Source: Haliotis rubra (taxonomy: Eukaryota). From it: a stretch of 64,000 bases of DNA. The notes beneath the pieces are model-generated. The model saw only the letters and a list, made by a program, of their open reading frames with translations, did no database searches and was not told the DNA's origin. The stretch is taken from the NCBI RefSeq assembly GCF_003918875.1, contig NW_025766962.1, forward strand, positions 1,116,001 to 1,180,000, read 5' to 3'. Below are positions 59,809-64,000 of the stretch, piece by piece. Numbering within the stretch: the first letter of the stretch is position 1; each line of letters begins with the position of its first letter. Position numbers and translations under genes: made by a program.

Positions 59809-62800
59809 ATGTCAACTCGAGCTGAAGAAGGGATGAGGGCTGGCTTCAGTCTAAAACTGACTATGTTTGAAGATATGGTGGTTCCATGTGGTATCATCCC
59901 CATTCTGTCCTCCTTCAGGACCCGTGAAGTACGAGATGACGACATCTTTCTGTGTACATATCCTAAATCAGGTAAATACCCGTGACTATATATATTCATA
60001 TGTTGTGTTTCACGATGGAAGGCACTCTCCTACCCAGAGTTCCATGCGGCAAAAATGTGACGATTCGTCACATCTTGCAATGTCCATTCAATATAATGTA
60101 CACATTTCGTTTACACTTTATTTGTGACGAGTCTACACATCTATCTAAACATCTTTAATAGAATGGTTTAGTTTCACTGAGAAAATATCCAAACACATGT
60201 AACACTATTTCGATTTTCGTAGCGATCCTTTGTTTACATAGGTTGTACGGCTCCACGTGCTGTCATCAAAGCTGATGGAGAGCAAACGATGCAGCCAGTT
60301 TGATATCTAAATATGTACCGTCATAGACCTTACTGTCGCATTTGTGGAAGAATATATATGTAACAATGTAAAACATTATGAAGAGAGAGCCGAAAAGCTT
60401 TCGTGAGTCCAGTCTCTTCTTATTATGAATATGCGCGTTTGTTTACAAACAAGAGAAAAGTCCGGTCACGTGATATGCAAATTAACCTGTGGCAGTGATG
60501 TTATGCGAAGTCATCGCTGTGCCGGAGTGTGGATAGAAGGATTAGATGTTTCTTTTCTACTCCAGACCTAGTCAAACTAATTCAAATAATGTGTTTTTTT
60601 AGTCTTAGTCAAATCAAATGAAACAATGTGGTTTCCATCGTAGCAGAAAATACAGCTGACTCAATTTAACAAAATGGATGTATAGTTCAAAACCATATGG
60701 CACAGATACGACGTGTGCCATAATTATTTCAGGGAAATTGTTGACATGAAGTCAAACAATAGGTCTTCACACAGTAGAGACCACGCACGTGTGGTTGTAA
60801 TGCTATGTCGTATAACATGTCAGTTTGCTGAGGGTCACATAGGATGACATACGGCCTAATGCAGTGTGCTGATGCCTATCATCCAGTTCTCAACTCTACA
60901 GGTACCCACTGGACATGGGAGATTCTCAACATGATCGTTAAAGGCGAAGCGAAGTACACAGAGCATTGGCTGGGTTCTTCCTATATTGACCAACGCAATG
61001 AAGATGTCATAGATGCCATTGCTTCTCCGAGGATCTTGACAACCCACATGATACCACGGTGACTATAACATTCATTATGAAGTTCCTTTGATATAAGCCT
61101 TTGAAAACTGCTGCATCAAAGATAGTTATGTCTCATGCATACGAGATGAGTCTTCAAGTGAACCTGTTCATACAAAGCGACATGTACACTCAATCTGAAT
61201 CGTGTAGGGGGTACTTGCCTTGACTAATTTGTTATTGTAAAGGCTGTATTTTACGTGAGTGTAACCTTACCTGTGCAGTATTCTTAACATAAAGGAAATG
61301 TTATGTTACTGTTTTATCCGTCGTATAAAAAATATTTTCAGCAGGTTCTTTTATTATGGTCTCGTTACGACTTTACACGGAATTCAATCACGTGCAACCT
61401 CTCGCACGTGAAACATATTGTATGATCTAAAATCTAAAGGATCAAATGTTTTTCACTTATCTCTAAGGGTATCGCTGAGGCCTTAGGATGGTAACTTATG
61501 TTTTAAAGTGATGTGTGTTGATAATATATCGGAGCCAGATAGTTTTATCACTTTTCTTGTTTGATAGTTTTATCTCCATGGCAACTGATTGATTGTTCCA
61601 GCATTCTACCAAGAGCAATTTGGGAACGAAAGTGTCGTATAATCAACGTACAGCGAAATCCGAAGGATGTTGCAGTGTCCTACTTCTTCCAGTCAACTAA
61701 TCAGAACTGGATGAATGAATCAGCAGGGCCGTCTTTCACTGGTTCCTGGGATAACTTCTTAGATGCATTTATCAAGGGAAACAGTTAAGTTCAATGTACC
61801 ACAACCACAAACCAACATCTAGGCTCTGAAATGAACATATTTTACAGAAAGAAGGGTTAAAAATAATAATCATAAAAATAATGAAAATGAGATCAGAAAG
61901 TTTCTCCATTTTAGGAAACTGTGGAAATCTAGACTTGCCACATATTTCTAGACTTGTTTCGAGGTTATCTATCACCAGGGTCCCGATCCACAAAACGTTC
62001 GTAGCGTTACGACATTTGTAAGCCTATGGTTAACGACAGGTCGTAACGTTGCGAACGCTTCAGCAAACATCCAAAAATTGTACTAGAAGTATCGGTTCCT
62101 GTTGAGGCCCATTGTTCTGTTTTGTCCGAAAATATAATGTGGGCTACATAAATTTCAGTACCCAATGACTCTGCGTTTGATCACACCCTGTCATGGAACA
62201 AGGTTCCAGGAGATTACCCAGATGTTCCCTTTCTTCAGCTACATTATGAAGACTTGAAGAAAGTGAGTGATGTCAAATATAATGACAACATATATCATAC
62301 TTTTCATGGTTTGGCACACCATTCCGTCAAATGACAATTTACTCAGGGTCAGTCCACAGTTCGTTTGACTTTCTAAAAGCCCTTCTCCAATCGGCTATTC
62401 ATTCAAATCTATCATCTATCATGAAGTTATACATCCTTGGTAATCACTATCATGTCATAAAGCCATTAAATGACACACATTGTCAGATGGAACCTCACAC
62501 AGCAAAGCCCTTCACCTTAAAAAATCATCCTCTGGGTCTTTGACTTTGAACTTTAAAATGTGACCTTGAACTTTAAATGTGGCAAGAATACTTAAAAATC
62601 GAAAGTGTTTAACCACACTATTTGCATCTGCATTTCATGTTGACATGGCAACGTTTTCATTAATGTTTATTATTGAAGAAAATGTCAAAGTAGCCTGATA
62701 ATGTTTATGAAATAGGACTACGAGATTGAACATAAACTTTCTCGCTTGATGCCTCAGCGTAACATGTACAATGTTTCATCAACCATTATGTCGATTATTT

Positions 62801-63546
62801 AGATGCACAGCGACTGAATTGGATATTTTAAAACGTTTGAACAAATATTTGTTACAATAAATCGTTTTTCAGAATGCAGTGAAAGTGGTTAAACAGTTGG
62901 CTGAGTTCATTCTGCATCCTCTCCCTGACAAGGTTTATGAAGAAATTGCAGAAGCATGCGGGTTTACAAAGCTGAAACACGCCCACACGTGTCTGAAAAC
63001 CCCAATGTTTTCTACCCCATGGAAAGAAGGGTCTCCTGGTCATTTCAGGAAAGGTAGGATCTCTTAGAACAGTGTGAGTGAGTGAGTTATGTGTTCTGTG
63101 TTTTTCTGATATTGCGTTTACTAATTATGAGTTCATTGGAAATAATATTCAAGTAAAATAACTTTCCTCTAAGGAGAAGTGACATGTAAAGATTTATCCA
63201 TTCTTTCAGGTGAGACCCGTGAAGGTCATGGTTAAAATATTGATCTTCAGTAACCCATGGTTGTCGTAAGAGGCGACTAACGGGATCGGGTGTTCAGGCT
63301 CGCTGACATGTCATCAGTTCCCAATTGCGCAGATCGATGCTGTTGATCACTGGACTGTCTGTTCCAGACTCGATTATTTACAGACCTCCGCCATATAGCT
63401 AGAATGTTGCTGGGTGCGGCGTAAAACTAAACTCACTCACTCTTTCAGGTGAAACTGGCGACTGGAAGCACTGGTTTACAGTTGCTCAGAGTGAAAGGTT
63501 TGACAGAATCTACCAACAGAAGTTTCATCGAACATTTCCATACTGA
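59809..63546 (+). CDS. Cytosolic sulfotransferase (SULT1-like), 6 coding exons: 59809-59971, 60902-61058, 61602-61783, 62159-62262, 62873-63053, 63449-63546
   Basis: 5'-PAPS loop VRDDDIFLCTYPKSG|THW, SPRILTTH, RNPKDVAVSY, LHYEDLK, FRKG|ETGDWK; GT-AG junctions are phase-consistent. Confidence 0.92.
63214..63440 (+). mobile_element. V-domain SINE inserted at the last sulfotransferase splice acceptor
   Basis: V-core CCATGGTTGTCGTAAGAGGCGACTAA, ACTC tail, 12-bp TSD TCTTTCAGGTGA at 63202-63213 and 63441-63452; partial minus-strand copy at ~50478-50590. Confidence 0.85.
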
Positions 63547-64000
63547 ATGTTACTCCTCTAGGTCTGTTTTCGTCCTTCACATCCACCCAACAATTGATTT
63601 AGCTACACATATACATCATTCAGTATCTGAGTAAGTTGCTGATCTACACATGCATTGTTACCGTAATGTAATGAGAATGTTCATGTGACAGCCTAAAAAT
63701 GTGATGATATAAAGTGATGCATTAAAATGTCAATATATAATAAATTATTAAATATTGTCTTCATTCAATGCTTACACGTGATGTCCATCCTTCTTCCCAG
63801 CATTGTTAGCTGGTTCAGGGGTTCAATGTTCAATGTCCAGGGGGACAGATATTTGATTGTCATTCAATGTCCACAGACTACTAATTACAGACGAGTGATT
63901 ATAACTGTAATAATCATAGATGAAATTTCCATTATCAATATTCAATAATTTGCTCATGACCAGATCTACACCATTAAAGGATAACTGTTCAGTGTCCAGT

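Overview
Eukaryotic, AT-rich, repeat-dense window. It is probably from a gastropod mollusc: the SINE families and their ACTC-repeat tails resemble abalone (Haliotis) elements, which is an inference. From left to right: (1) 1-7797 appears to be the terminal part of a Polinton/Maverick-like endogenous element. It ends in ...ACTACT and abuts an L2/CR1 remnant. It carries an acidic SIM-rich ORF, a decayed deoxynucleoside kinase, a small Cys/His zinc protein and a nested Kolobok-like THAP transposon. (2) Tc1, R4/Dong and RTE-X-like debris. (3) A ~2,080-aa SAMD9-like antiviral STAND NTPase gene (+). A ubiquitin-like exon ending in RNKGG splices in frame onto SAM-SAM-unknown domain-AlbA2-SIR2-like-NTPase-TPR-OB. 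(4) An orphan 204-codon open frame facing it. (5) A four-exon secreted Spaetzle-like cystine-knot precursor (-) with a Asp/Val-rich repeat prodomain and an RFKR site, split into unlinked fragments in the ORF track. (6) A 16-exon VWA5A-like (VIT-vWA) gene (-). (7) A six-exon cytosolic sulfotransferase (+) whose last splice acceptor was duplicated by a SINE insertion. Gene models were built by hand from splice signals and reading-frame phase; no database searches were run.
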